Positions 29,959-38,604 of a stretch of 64,000 bases of DNA are shown piece by piece. Below the pieces are notes generated by a model. The model was not told the origin of the DNA. It saw nothing but the letters and a program-made list of their open reading frames with translations, and did not search any database. Made by a program: the position numbers and the translations under genes. The stretch covers positions 8,015 through 72,014 of the forward strand of contig JALWEJ010000089.1 of assembly GCA_027014115.1 (NCBI GenBank), written 5' to 3'. The DNA comes from Desulfurellales bacterium (lineage in GTDB: Bacteria > Campylobacterota_A > Desulfurellia > Desulfurellales > Hippeaceae). Each line of letters starts with the position of its first letter. Within the stretch, counting starts at the first letter, position 1.

Positions 29959-31296
29959 ATGAATATAATAATTGCCGGTGCAGGTCAGGTAGGATACCAT
30001 ATTGCCAAACAGCTAAGCGAAGAAAAAAAGCATGTTTGCCTTATTGAAAAAAACAGGGATAAAGCAGCCTTTGCATCGGAAAACCTTGACTGCATGGTTA
30101 TAAATGGAGATGCAACAAACATAAACACACTAAAAGATGCCGGCTGCGACAAAGCAAGCATGTTTATAGCCGTTACAAACTCCGATGAGATTAATATTTT
30201 ATCTTGCCTCTTGGTGTCAAGCGGTTGCAATATATCAAAAAAAATAGCCAGGCTGAGAAACCTTGAATACACAAAACCATTTCAAACCAATAAAGCAATG
30301 GGTATTGATTTTATAATCAATCCGGATATTGAAGCCGCAAAGAGCATAATAAATTCCGTTAACTTTGGTGCATCGAGTGATATCATTATCTTTGAAGATA
30401 CAAATGTGCAGATGAGAGGGATATTCATCAATAGAGAATCCCCTCTAATCAATCAAACCATTACCGATATAAAGAAAAACATAAAAAAAGATTTTATTAT
30501 TGCCAGCATCAAAAGAGAAAACGGAAAGCTCATCATACCCAAAGGATTAACACAGGTAAGAGACGGAGACTATATATACATAGTAGCAAAAAAAAACACT
30601 ATGGATGAGGTTCTTGAAATCCTGGGTAAAGCAAAAATCAGAATCAAAAATATAGCAATTTTTGGCGGCAGCAAAATAGGATTGATGACTGCAAAAGGCT
30701 TGAGGGGTAAAAGAAGAAATATAAAAATAATCGATAAAGATTATGAAAAGTGTAAAGATATATCAAAAGAGTGTCCAAAAGCCATAGTTATAAACGGCGA
30801 TGCAAGTGATGCAGGCATATTTGAAGAAGAAAACATATCTGAATTCGATGTTGTTATAACATCGACAGACAACGAAGAAATAAATCTCTTATCGGCACTA
30901 TATTCAAAAAATATGGGAGCAAAACGTTCCCTTGCTCTAATAGACAAACAAAATTATATGGCAATGGCAACCAAGTTAAATATAGACTCGGTTGTCTCAC
31001 CGAAATTATCTGCTGTCAGTAGCATCTTGAAGTTCATAAGAAAAGGACATGTTATCGGTGTTTACTCTATTTTTGGGGGAGAAGCAGAGGCCTTGGAGTT
31101 ATCAATCACAAAAGATTCCAACTTTACAAACAAAGCCATAAAAGACATCCATCTTCCGCAGGATACACTTATAGTTGCTATCAGCAGAAAAAATGAAACC
31201 ATAATTCCCGACGGAAACTTCATAATAACAAACGATGATAGGATAGTTATGTTCGCAAAGAAAGAAGATATTCCGGAAATAGAAAAGATGGTATAA
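29959..31296 (+). CDS. trkA: Trk potassium uptake system, NAD-binding subunit TrkA
   Basis: 445-aa ORF with two tandem RCK/TrkA-N units (IIIAGAGQVGYHIA; IAIFGGSKIGLMTA), followed by trkH. Confidence 0.9.
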   Translation: MNIIIAGAGQVGYHIAKQLSEEKKHVCLIEKNRDKAAFASENLDCMVINGDATNINTLKDAGCDKASMFIAVTNSDEINILSCLLVSSGCNISKKIARLRNLEYTKPFQTNKAMGIDFIINPDIEAAKSIINSVNFGASSDIIIFEDTNVQMRGIFINRESPLINQTITDIKKNIKKDFIIASIKRENGKLIIPKGLTQVRDGDYIYIVAKKNTMDEVLEILGKAKIRIKNIAIFGGSKIGLMTAKGLRGKRRNIKIIDKDYEKCKDISKECPKAIVINGDASDAGIFEEENISEFDVVITSTDNEEINLLSALYSKNMGAKRSLALIDKQNYMAMATKLNIDSVVSPKLSAVSSILKFIRKGHVIGVYSIFGGEAEALELSITKDSNFTNKAIKDIHLPQDTLIVAISRKNETIIPDGNFIITNDDRIVMFAKKEDIPEIEKMV

Positions 31297-31297
31297 A

Positions 31298-32734
31298 ATG
31301 CATACAAAAACCATATTCAAATTCTTATCAATACTAATACTCATCATAGCGGGTTTTATGCTTTTTCCACTTGCTTTTTCCGTATACTACAAAGACGGTG
31401 CATATCTTGGCTTTATTCTACCGTCTTCAATCGGCATTTTTTTTGGACTTTTAGGTTCAACATTAATAAAAACAGATAAAGAGCAGCTCTCAAAAAAAGA
31501 CGGATTCCTGCTTGTGACATTAAGCTGGATTGTTGTTTCATTCATTGGCTCTCTGCCTTATATTATATCTGCACACATGAGTCTAACAAATGCATTTTTC
31601 GAGACAATGTCGGGTTTTACAACAACTGGTGCTTCTATTCTATCCGATATAGAATCACTCCCAAAATCTATTCTGTTTTGGCGTTCACTTACCCATTGGC
31701 TTGGAGGTATGGGTATAATCGTTTTGGCCGTTGCCGTTTTACCTATGCTTGGAATTGGCGGTATTCAGCTTATAAAAGCAGAAAGTCCAGGGCCAAGTAT
31801 TGAAAAAATATCTCCAAGAATTACAGAAACGGCAAAATATTTATGGTTTGTATATTTCTTTTTCAGCGTCATTGAAGTCATTTTACTTCTTTTTGGCGGG
31901 ATGAATCTTTTTGATTCTTTAACGCACACATTCGGAACAATGGCGACAGGAGGTTTTTCGACAAAAAACACAAGTGTTGCATATTTTCACTCTGCATACA
32001 TAGACTGGGTAATAACAATATTTATGTTTATAGCAGGTGCCAACTTTTCCATTCATTTCAGATTATTAACAGGCAAATTCTCGTCTTTAAAGGATGACGA
32101 ATTGATATTTTACACATTAATTGTTGCTGCGGCTGTTTTATTTGTCAGTATCGATATCTCCAATCAATACAACAACTTCTTAGAGGCTATGCGGTATGGT
32201 GCATTTCAGGTTGTCTCTATCATTACAACAACCGGGTATGTTACCGCAGATTACGAAAAGTGGCCTCATTTTGCACAAAGCATACTGTTTATATTGATGT
32301 TTATCGGCGGTTGTTCAGGCTCTACAGGCGGAAGTATAAAGGTTATAAGAATATATACGCTTTTAAAACAATCCATAAACGAAATAAAATACCACATACA
32401 TTCAAAAGGTGTTTTTTCTCTGATTATCAACAATCAGATGGTTAGAAAAAATATAGTATATTCAATATCCGGTTTTTTCTTTTTATATATTACAACATTC
32501 GCAGTTGTAGCCTTAAGTATTTCGTTGTTCGGTATAGATTTGATAACGGCAATTTCCGCATCCGCTGCTGCATTGGGAAACATAGGTCCTGGTTTTGGCC
32601 TTGTCGGTCCAACAGACAACTACGCCTTCCTGCCGGCTGCTGTAAAATGGATATTGAGCTTTGCCATGCTGACAGGAAGACTTGAAATATACACAGTTTT
32701 TGTTCTGCTTGTGCCTACCTTCTGGAAAAAATAA
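31298..32734 (+). CDS. trkH: Trk potassium uptake system, membrane subunit TrkH
   Basis: 478-aa polytopic ORF with TrkH selectivity-filter-like repeats (TTTGAS, MATGGFST, TTTGYV, GGCSGSTGGSIK). Confidence 0.9.
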   Translation: MHTKTIFKFLSILILIIAGFMLFPLAFSVYYKDGAYLGFILPSSIGIFFGLLGSTLIKTDKEQLSKKDGFLLVTLSWIVVSFIGSLPYIISAHMSLTNAFFETMSGFTTTGASILSDIESLPKSILFWRSLTHWLGGMGIIVLAVAVLPMLGIGGIQLIKAESPGPSIEKISPRITETAKYLWFVYFFFSVIEVILLLFGGMNLFDSLTHTFGTMATGGFSTKNTSVAYFHSAYIDWVITIFMFIAGANFSIHFRLLTGKFSSLKDDELIFYTLIVAAAVLFVSIDISNQYNNFLEAMRYGAFQVVSIITTTGYVTADYEKWPHFAQSILFILMFIGGCSGSTGGSIKVIRIYTLLKQSINEIKYHIHSKGVFSLIINNQMVRKNIVYSISGFFFLYITTFAVVALSISLFGIDLITAISASAAALGNIGPGFGLVGPTDNYAFLPAAVKWILSFAMLTGRLEIYTVFVLLVPTFWKK

Positions 32735-32736
32735 TT

Positions 32737-34233
32737 TTATTCATCATCCTTATCTTTCATAAGAGGAAACAGTATTACATCTCTGATTGAGTCATGATTT
32801 GTAAATAACATTACAAGCCTGTCTATACCGATGCCCTCCCCTGCCGTAGGCGGAAGTCCGTATTCAAGCGCTCTGATATAATCCGCATCATACATAGATG
32901 CCTCTTCATCACCCATCTTACGCTCTTCAAGCTGTTTTAGGAATCTTTCTTTTTGGTCAAATGGATCATTAAGTTCAGAAAATCCGTTTGCAACCTCCAT
33001 TCCGGAAATAAACAGCTCAAATCTCTCCGTAATATCAGGATTTTCATCGTTTCTTCTTGCCAGAGGACTTATGGCAACAGGATAACCGATAACAAAAGTC
33101 GGGTTTATTAACTTAGGTTCAACCAAAGCATCAAAAAGCTCAGCCAAGATTTTTTCAATGCTCATATTTTTATTGACGCTCTTTCCAAGCTCAAGCGCCA
33201 GATTAAATGCTTTGTCTCTATTTATAACATCATCATCCAATCCGCCTATTGTCTTTAAACCCTCAAAAAAGTCCAATCTTTTCCACGGTCTTGAGAAATC
33301 TATCTCGTTTTCACCAAACTGCAGTTTCCTTTCTTTATTCCCCAAAGATTCAAATATATAATCAAACATCTCTTCGGTATAATCAAGCAAAAACCTATAA
33401 TTTTTGTATGCTACATAAAACTCCATCATTGTAAATTCCGGATTGTGCTTTAAATCCATTCCTTCATTCCTGAAGTTTCTATTTATCTCAAATACGCGTT
33501 CAAGCCCACCAACAACAAGTCTTTTTAAATAAAGCTCAGGCGCTATTCTTAAATACAAATCAATATCAAGTGCATTGTGGTGTGTTACAAACGGTTTTGC
33601 CGTTGCTCCACCCACAAGCTTGTGCATCATTGGTGTTTCAACTTCAACAAAGCGATTGTTAACCATAAAATCTCTGACTGCATTGATAATTTTAGAACGT
33701 TTAACCATCGTTTCTTTTACTTCGTCATTAACAATCAAATCAACATATCTCTGGCGGTATCTAAGCTCTTTATCCTGAAGACCATGCCATTTTTCTGGCA
33801 GCGGTCTTATGGATTTTGTAAGTAAGACAATTTTTTTTGCCTTAATGGTAAGCTCACCTGTTTTTGTCTTAAAAAGAGAACCCTCTACGCCTATTATATC
33901 TCCCACATCAAGTTTTTTGTATAATTTAAAATCTTCATAGGATAAGCTGTTTTTTTCTGCATAAACCTGAATCTGTCCTGTAAAATCCTTCACTTTCATA
34001 AAACCAGCTTTACCGAAACTTCTATAAGCCATAACTCTTCCGGCTATACTGACCGTTTTATCCAAATCAAGCAGTTTTTCTAATTCAAGCCCGTCATATT
34101 CGCTATGCAAATCATTTGCAAACGAATCAGGCAGAAAATCATTTCTGAAAATTTTCATACCTTGAGATTTAAACTGCTCAAGCTTTTCTATTCTTCTTTG
34201 TATCAGCTTATTTCTATCTTCCATTTCTATCAC
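32737..34233 (-). CDS. lysS: lysine--tRNA ligase (class II)
   Basis: 498-aa ORF with an OB-fold N-domain and a class II core (FRNEGMDLKHNPEFTMMEFY, GLPPTAGEGIGIDRLVMLFT). It lies in the conserved prfB-lysS order. Confidence 0.95.
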   Translation of the reverse strand: MIEMEDRNKLIQRRIEKLEQFKSQGMKIFRNDFLPDSFANDLHSEYDGLELEKLLDLDKTVSIAGRVMAYRSFGKAGFMKVKDFTGQIQVYAEKNSLSYEDFKLYKKLDVGDIIGVEGSLFKTKTGELTIKAKKIVLLTKSIRPLPEKWHGLQDKELRYRQRYVDLIVNDEVKETMVKRSKIINAVRDFMVNNRFVEVETPMMHKLVGGATAKPFVTHHNALDIDLYLRIAPELYLKRLVVGGLERVFEINRNFRNEGMDLKHNPEFTMMEFYVAYKNYRFLLDYTEEMFDYIFESLGNKERKLQFGENEIDFSRPWKRLDFFEGLKTIGGLDDDVINRDKAFNLALELGKSVNKNMSIEKILAELFDALVEPKLINPTFVIGYPVAISPLARRNDENPDITERFELFISGMEVANGFSELNDPFDQKERFLKQLEERKMGDEEASMYDADYIRALEYGLPPTAGEGIGIDRLVMLFTNHDSIRDVILFPLMKDKDDE

Positions 34234-34235
34234 CT

Positions 34236-35303
34236 CTAAACATTATTCTTAAGAGTTTCTTTAATAAAATCATCCAATTCGCCATCCAAGACGGCCACTG
34301 CAGCCATATCTTTTTTCTCCGTATTTGTTCTGTGATCCTTAACCATTTTATAAGGATGAAGAACATAAGACCTGATTTGACTGCCCCACTCTATCTTTTT
34401 CTTATCTCCCGATAAGTTATTAAGCTGTTTTTGTTTTTTTTCTTCTTCAAGCTGATAAAGTTTTGATTTTAGAATCTTCATGGCAAAACTCTTATTTTTA
34501 TGCTGACTTCTCTCATTTTGACAGCTAACAACTATACCTGTCGGAATATGGGTTATTCTTATTGCCGAATCTGTTTTGTTTACATGCTGTCCACCTGCCC
34601 CCGATGCTCTAAATGTATCTATTCTTATTTCGTCGGGTTTTATATCTATTTCTATATCGTCATCAATCTCAGGCAGTACGGAAACAGAAGCAAAGCTTGT
34701 ATGCCTTCTTTTGTTTGCATCAAAAGGAGAAATTCTAACAAGTCTATGAACACCGTTTTCTGTTTTGAGATATCCGTATGCAAAATCACCTTTAACGGTA
34801 AAGGTTATACTTTTATATCCTGCTTCATCTCCGGATTGAATATCCATAATTTCCAATGAGAATTTGTTTTTTTCAGCCCACATGGAATACATCCTAAACA
34901 GCATAGACACCCAATCGCAAGCCTCTGTTCCACCGGCTCCTGAATGTATCGTCACAATTGCATTGGATATATCATGCTTATCGGACAAAAAAACCTTTAT
35001 TTCGACATTATCTATCTTATACTTCAGCTTTTCTATATTGTCCAAAAGCTCAGACTTAATACTTTCGTCTTCATTGGACAATTCCTCAAGCTCAAACAAA
35101 ACATCTATCTCGTCTTCCAACTCCTTGAGCTCTTTGGCTTGAGTTTCTATTTGTTGTTTCTCTTGTTTTAGAGACTGAAGCAGTGAGTAGTTGTTCCAGT
35201 TATTCTCATCCTCAAGTTGGGAATCTATCTCCTTAATTCTTGGCAGTTTCGGGTCAAAGATACTCCTTTATCTGCAGCAGTTTGTTTTTCATTTCTATCA
35301 ATA
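34236..35303 (-). CDS. prfB: peptide chain release factor 2, with a programmed +1 frameshift
   Basis: Frame 0 reads MKEVLIEMKNKLLQIKEYL-TGA (35303-35244). The +1 frame continues DPKLPRIKEIDSQLEDENNW... into the track ORF 34236-35120, which contains the SPF and GGQ motifs. The shift site is AAGGAG TAT CTT TGA C at 35243-35258. Confidence 0.93.
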
Positions 35304-35324
35304 CCTCTTTCATAATACCTCCGC

Positions 35325-35651
35325 CTATTCTATATCGAACAATTTTTTTAGTATCTGTTTGGATTCTTCTATATCAACATCATCCAATTTGCTTATTTTT
35401 TTCTTAATATCCCTTCTGTTCAAAGTGGCGATTTTAGAAAGTCTTACATAGCTTGGCATCAACAAACCTTTACTTTTCCAGTTGTGAACCTCTATTTCAT
35501 TTTTTACATCCCTTTTTTGCGATGTTATGCGTGCAACGATAATATCCTCATCACCAACATCAACAAGCACAACAGCAGGCCTCATTATGGCATTATTCAT
35601 ATTGGTATATGGAAAAGCAATAATTACTATATCACCAAATGAGTAACTCAT
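35325..35651 (-). CDS. MazF/PemK-family toxin (type II toxin-antitoxin endoribonuclease-like)
   Basis: 108-aa ORF. The sequence GDIVIIAFPYTN...MRPAVVLVDVGDEDIIVARITSQ matches the PemK/MazF SH3-like signature. It overlaps the upstream small ORF by 20 nt. Confidence 0.7.
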   Translation of the reverse strand: MSYSFGDIVIIAFPYTNMNNAIMRPAVVLVDVGDEDIIVARITSQKRDVKNEIEVHNWKSKGLLMPSYVRLSKIATLNRRDIKKKISKLDDVDIEESKQILKKLFDIE

Positions 35652-35838
35652 CTTCTTCGCACAGCTCTTCTTCTTGGTCGTAAAAGAATCTGTTGTAGGC
35701 TATAACATCCCAACAGGCACCTTTATCTTCCATAACAACATTAACCACATTACACGGCTGTTTTAATTGATATACAAAAGCATTTTTTTCATCTCTGTTA
35801 CCGTCAAGCTGTATTTCAAAAACATTGGGAAAATCCAT
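35632..35838 (-). CDS. putative cognate antitoxin (no recognisable family)
   Basis: 68-aa ORF immediately upstream of, and overlapping, the MazF-like gene. It has an acidic C-terminal tail (DQEEELCEEDELLIW). I could not recognise an AbrB, RHH or HTH motif. Confidence 0.45.
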   Translation of the reverse strand: MDFPNVFEIQLDGNRDEKNAFVYQLKQPCNVVNVVMEDKGACWDVIAYNRFFYDQEEELCEEDELLIW

Positions 35839-35848
35839 TGCAAGCTCC

Positions 35849-36535
35849 TTATGAAGATTTAGACCCTATATGCAAAAAAGATACACCGAATGTTAAAGGA
35901 TAATATTCAACATCCGAAAATCCGGCTCTTTCCATCATAGATTTTAAAAATTCAACATCGGGAAAGTATTTTATAGATGAAGGCAGATACGAGTATGCAC
36001 TGTAGTGCCCTGAAATTACCTTGCCGAAAAAAGGCAGAAGTTTATTGGAATAAAGATTATACAAAACACCAAAACTTTTATAAACAGGCTTGTTAAACTC
36101 CAAAATAACAAGTTTTCCGCCCTTTTTTAAAACCCTGTTGAACTCAAACAAAGCAGAAACCTTATCAGCAACATTTCTTATACCGAAGGCAATAATAACA
36201 TTATCAAAACTCTCATCCCTAAACGGCAGACTCTCTGCAGGTGCACAAACCAAATCTATATTTTTATTTCTAATCTTTTCTTTTCCAACATTCAGCATAC
36301 CGAGGCTCAAATCAACACCAACAACATACTTCATCTTTTTGGAAGCCTCTACGGCAACATCACATGTCCCTGTTGCAACATCCAAAACGCTCTCACCCTC
36401 AAGGTATGAAACAGCTTTTTTTCGCCACATTCTATCAATATTAAAACTTAAATAGTGATTTAAAAAATCGTATGTCGGGGCAATGGATGAAAACATCTCT
36501 GAAATATTTTTATTTTTTTCGCTCAACTCATACAT
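35849..36535 (-). CDS. ubiE: demethylmenaquinone/ubiquinone C-methyltransferase (UbiE/MenG family)
   Basis: 228-aa ORF (FSSIAPTYDFLNHYLSFNIDRMWRKK, SAM motif VLDVATGTCDV, NVIIAFGIRNV). Confidence 0.9.
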   Translation of the reverse strand: MYELSEKNKNISEMFSSIAPTYDFLNHYLSFNIDRMWRKKAVSYLEGESVLDVATGTCDVAVEASKKMKYVVGVDLSLGMLNVGKEKIRNKNIDLVCAPAESLPFRDESFDNVIIAFGIRNVADKVSALFEFNRVLKKGGKLVILEFNKPVYKSFGVLYNLYSNKLLPFFGKVISGHYSAYSYLPSSIKYFPDVEFLKSMMERAGFSDVEYYPLTFGVSFLHIGSKSS

Positions 36536-36591
36536 ACGCTATTCTTTTAACACTTATGGCTGTTTCGGTCAAGAAAAAAGATTTCACCAAA

Positions 36592-36626
36592 CCCCTACTT
36601 TGCACCTACGAGGTGTAAAGTAGGGG
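36592..36626. other. strong 16-bp hairpin in a divergent intergenic region
   Basis: CCCCTACTTTGCACCT-acg-AGGTGTAAAGTAGGGG forms 16 pairs, including one G-U. It lies between the divergent starts of ubiE (36535) and the deacetylase gene (36675). T-rich sequence follows on the minus strand only. Confidence 0.6.
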
Positions 36627-36674
36627 AGTTAAAAACAGGTTGATTTAATAAAACGATTGTAGTAGCCTATTTTT

Positions 36675-37715
36675 ATGAAAAAAAGTCTGATTTTTGCATT
36701 GGTACTTATATTTACTGTTTTATGCGGAATATCAACTGCAACAACAATACTTATATACCACAAAATAGGCGACTCAAAAACACCCACAACAAATGTATCA
36801 ACAGCACTATTCAAACAGCAGATGGAATATCTCCACAAAAATCATTACAAAGTCCTTCCTCTTAAAAGTGTTGTTCGCATGATAAAACAGCATAAAAAAC
36901 TTCCGAAAAAAAGTGTTGTTATAACATTTGACGACGGATACAAAACAGTTTATGAAAATGCATTTCCTACCATAAAGAAATACGGATACCCTACCACTGT
37001 ATTTTTGCCCACAGAAGCCATAGAAAAACACTACCCCGACTATATGACCTTAAACCAGATAAAAGAAATGCAGAAATACAAAACAGATTTTCAGTCACAC
37101 AGCTTTTCGCATCCGAGAATGGCATATAAGCCAAAAAATACAAGCCGCAGTCAGTACACCAATTTTATAAAAAAAGAACTGACAAAAAGCATAAGGTTCT
37201 TTGAGAAGTATCTGCATTATAAACCCTATGCATTTGCAGTACCCTACGGTGAATACAATAAAACCGTTATAAATGAAGCGCTTAAATGCGGTTTTGAAGC
37301 TATATTTACTCAGGATACAGGTGCAGTTTCGCATGACACACCTCTTTATCTTATACCGCGTGAACCAATCCTCGGCAAATATTGGTCTACCATGAAACAT
37401 TTCAAATATGTCCTAAACAACGAAGAATATCTGCCAATCAAAAAAAGAATGCCAGACATAGGCATCACAACTTGCAAAAATTTAACTGTAGGAGCAGTTA
37501 TAAAAAATATGGAAAACTACAAAAATTTTAAAATCTACACAAGCCCAACAGGTTGGATTGATGCTAAAAAGAAAGGCGACTTTATCTATGCTGATAATAT
37601 CAGCGCATGCTCAAGAAAAAAAATACACATAGGTGTATCTGCAGCAGATAAAAACAATTTAAAAGAAGCAAAGGTTTTTTGGATGGTTGTTATTTCTTCA
37701 AAGAATTTCCATTAA
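36675..37715 (+). CDS. polysaccharide deacetylase (NodB homology) family protein, exported
   Basis: 346-aa ORF with a signal peptide and NodB motifs (VVITFDDGYKTVYENAFP, SHSFSHP). Confidence 0.85.
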   Translation: MKKSLIFALVLIFTVLCGISTATTILIYHKIGDSKTPTTNVSTALFKQQMEYLHKNHYKVLPLKSVVRMIKQHKKLPKKSVVITFDDGYKTVYENAFPTIKKYGYPTTVFLPTEAIEKHYPDYMTLNQIKEMQKYKTDFQSHSFSHPRMAYKPKNTSRSQYTNFIKKELTKSIRFFEKYLHYKPYAFAVPYGEYNKTVINEALKCGFEAIFTQDTGAVSHDTPLYLIPREPILGKYWSTMKHFKYVLNNEEYLPIKKRMPDIGITTCKNLTVGAVIKNMENYKNFKIYTSPTGWIDAKKKGDFIYADNISACSRKKIHIGVSAADKNNLKEAKVFWMVVISSKNFH

Positions 37716-38604
37716 GACTAATAAAGTAATTCTGAAGCTCGCTGAGCAAGGTTTTATTGCTGATATTGTTTTGATTTATCGTATAAAATATATTCTGTGC
37801 CGATTTAATCTTTTTTATCTTTATGTATGCAATGACAAGGTTAAGCTTCAACTCGTCATCATCTGAAAATTTCATGGCTTTTCTTAAAATTCTTATAGCA
37901 CTGTAGTACTGCTTGCTTTCAATATACTTAACCGCAAGGTTGTTATATAAAGACACATTATTTTTAAATCGCTTAATAAGCTTTTTGTAGGCATTAATTG
38001 CTGTTTTTGTGTTGTCTGAATTGGCAAGATTTAATAATTCAGCTGTACTTTCAATATTTTTCTTCGGCTCAACATATCTAAATTCGCTTTTTTCTTGTTC
38101 TGTTTTTCCTGCAGTATTAATAATCTTTTCTCTTTTCGGCAATGAATGTTGAATCTTTTTTTCTTTAGCAGTTTTTAAAGATTTATTAACAGTCTGATTC
38201 AACAGACCCGGTTTTTTTATATTCGAAGAAACAGAAATTTGTTCTATATTCTTTTTCTCAATATCGGTTTTTGCTTTTTTGTTAACCTTTTTTTCTTTAA
38301 TAACTATCTTTTTTTGTTGTTTGTTTTTAGTCTCAACGACCTTAAAGGTGTTTGGTCTGTTTTTTTTATAAACTCTGCTTTGGTGAATAAATTTATTATT
38401 ATTGGAAGCACTTTCAATTTTCTTTTTTAGTAAATATCCTGAAAAAACAGCCCCAAGAACAAATATAAATGTCAATGCAAATAAAAAATATGGGGGTTTG
38501 CTTTTTGTTACATTAAAATTAGGAATTTCACTTTCTTTAATATTTTTCTTTTCTAAAGTTCTGATTGAATCATACAGTTTGCTCATAAATTTATTGAACA
38601 ACAA
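37690..38604 (-). CDS. TPR-repeat membrane protein, MshN-like, last gene of the pilus operon
   Basis: 304-aa ORF with one TM helix, a Lys-rich linker and C-terminal TPR-like repeats (LYNNLAVKYIESKQYYSAIRILRKAMKF...). It overlaps the secretin stop by 14 nt. Confidence 0.6.
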   Translation of the reverse strand: MLFNKFMSKLYDSIRTLEKKNIKESEIPNFNVTKSKPPYFLFALTFIFVLGAVFSGYLLKKKIESASNNNKFIHQSRVYKKNRPNTFKVVETKNKQQKKIVIKEKKVNKKAKTDIEKKNIEQISVSSNIKKPGLLNQTVNKSLKTAKEKKIQHSLPKREKIINTAGKTEQEKSEFRYVEPKKNIESTAELLNLANSDNTKTAINAYKKLIKRFKNNVSLYNNLAVKYIESKQYYSAIRILRKAMKFSDDDELKLNLVIAYIKIKKIKSAQNIFYTINQNNISNKTLLSELQNYFISLNGNSLKK

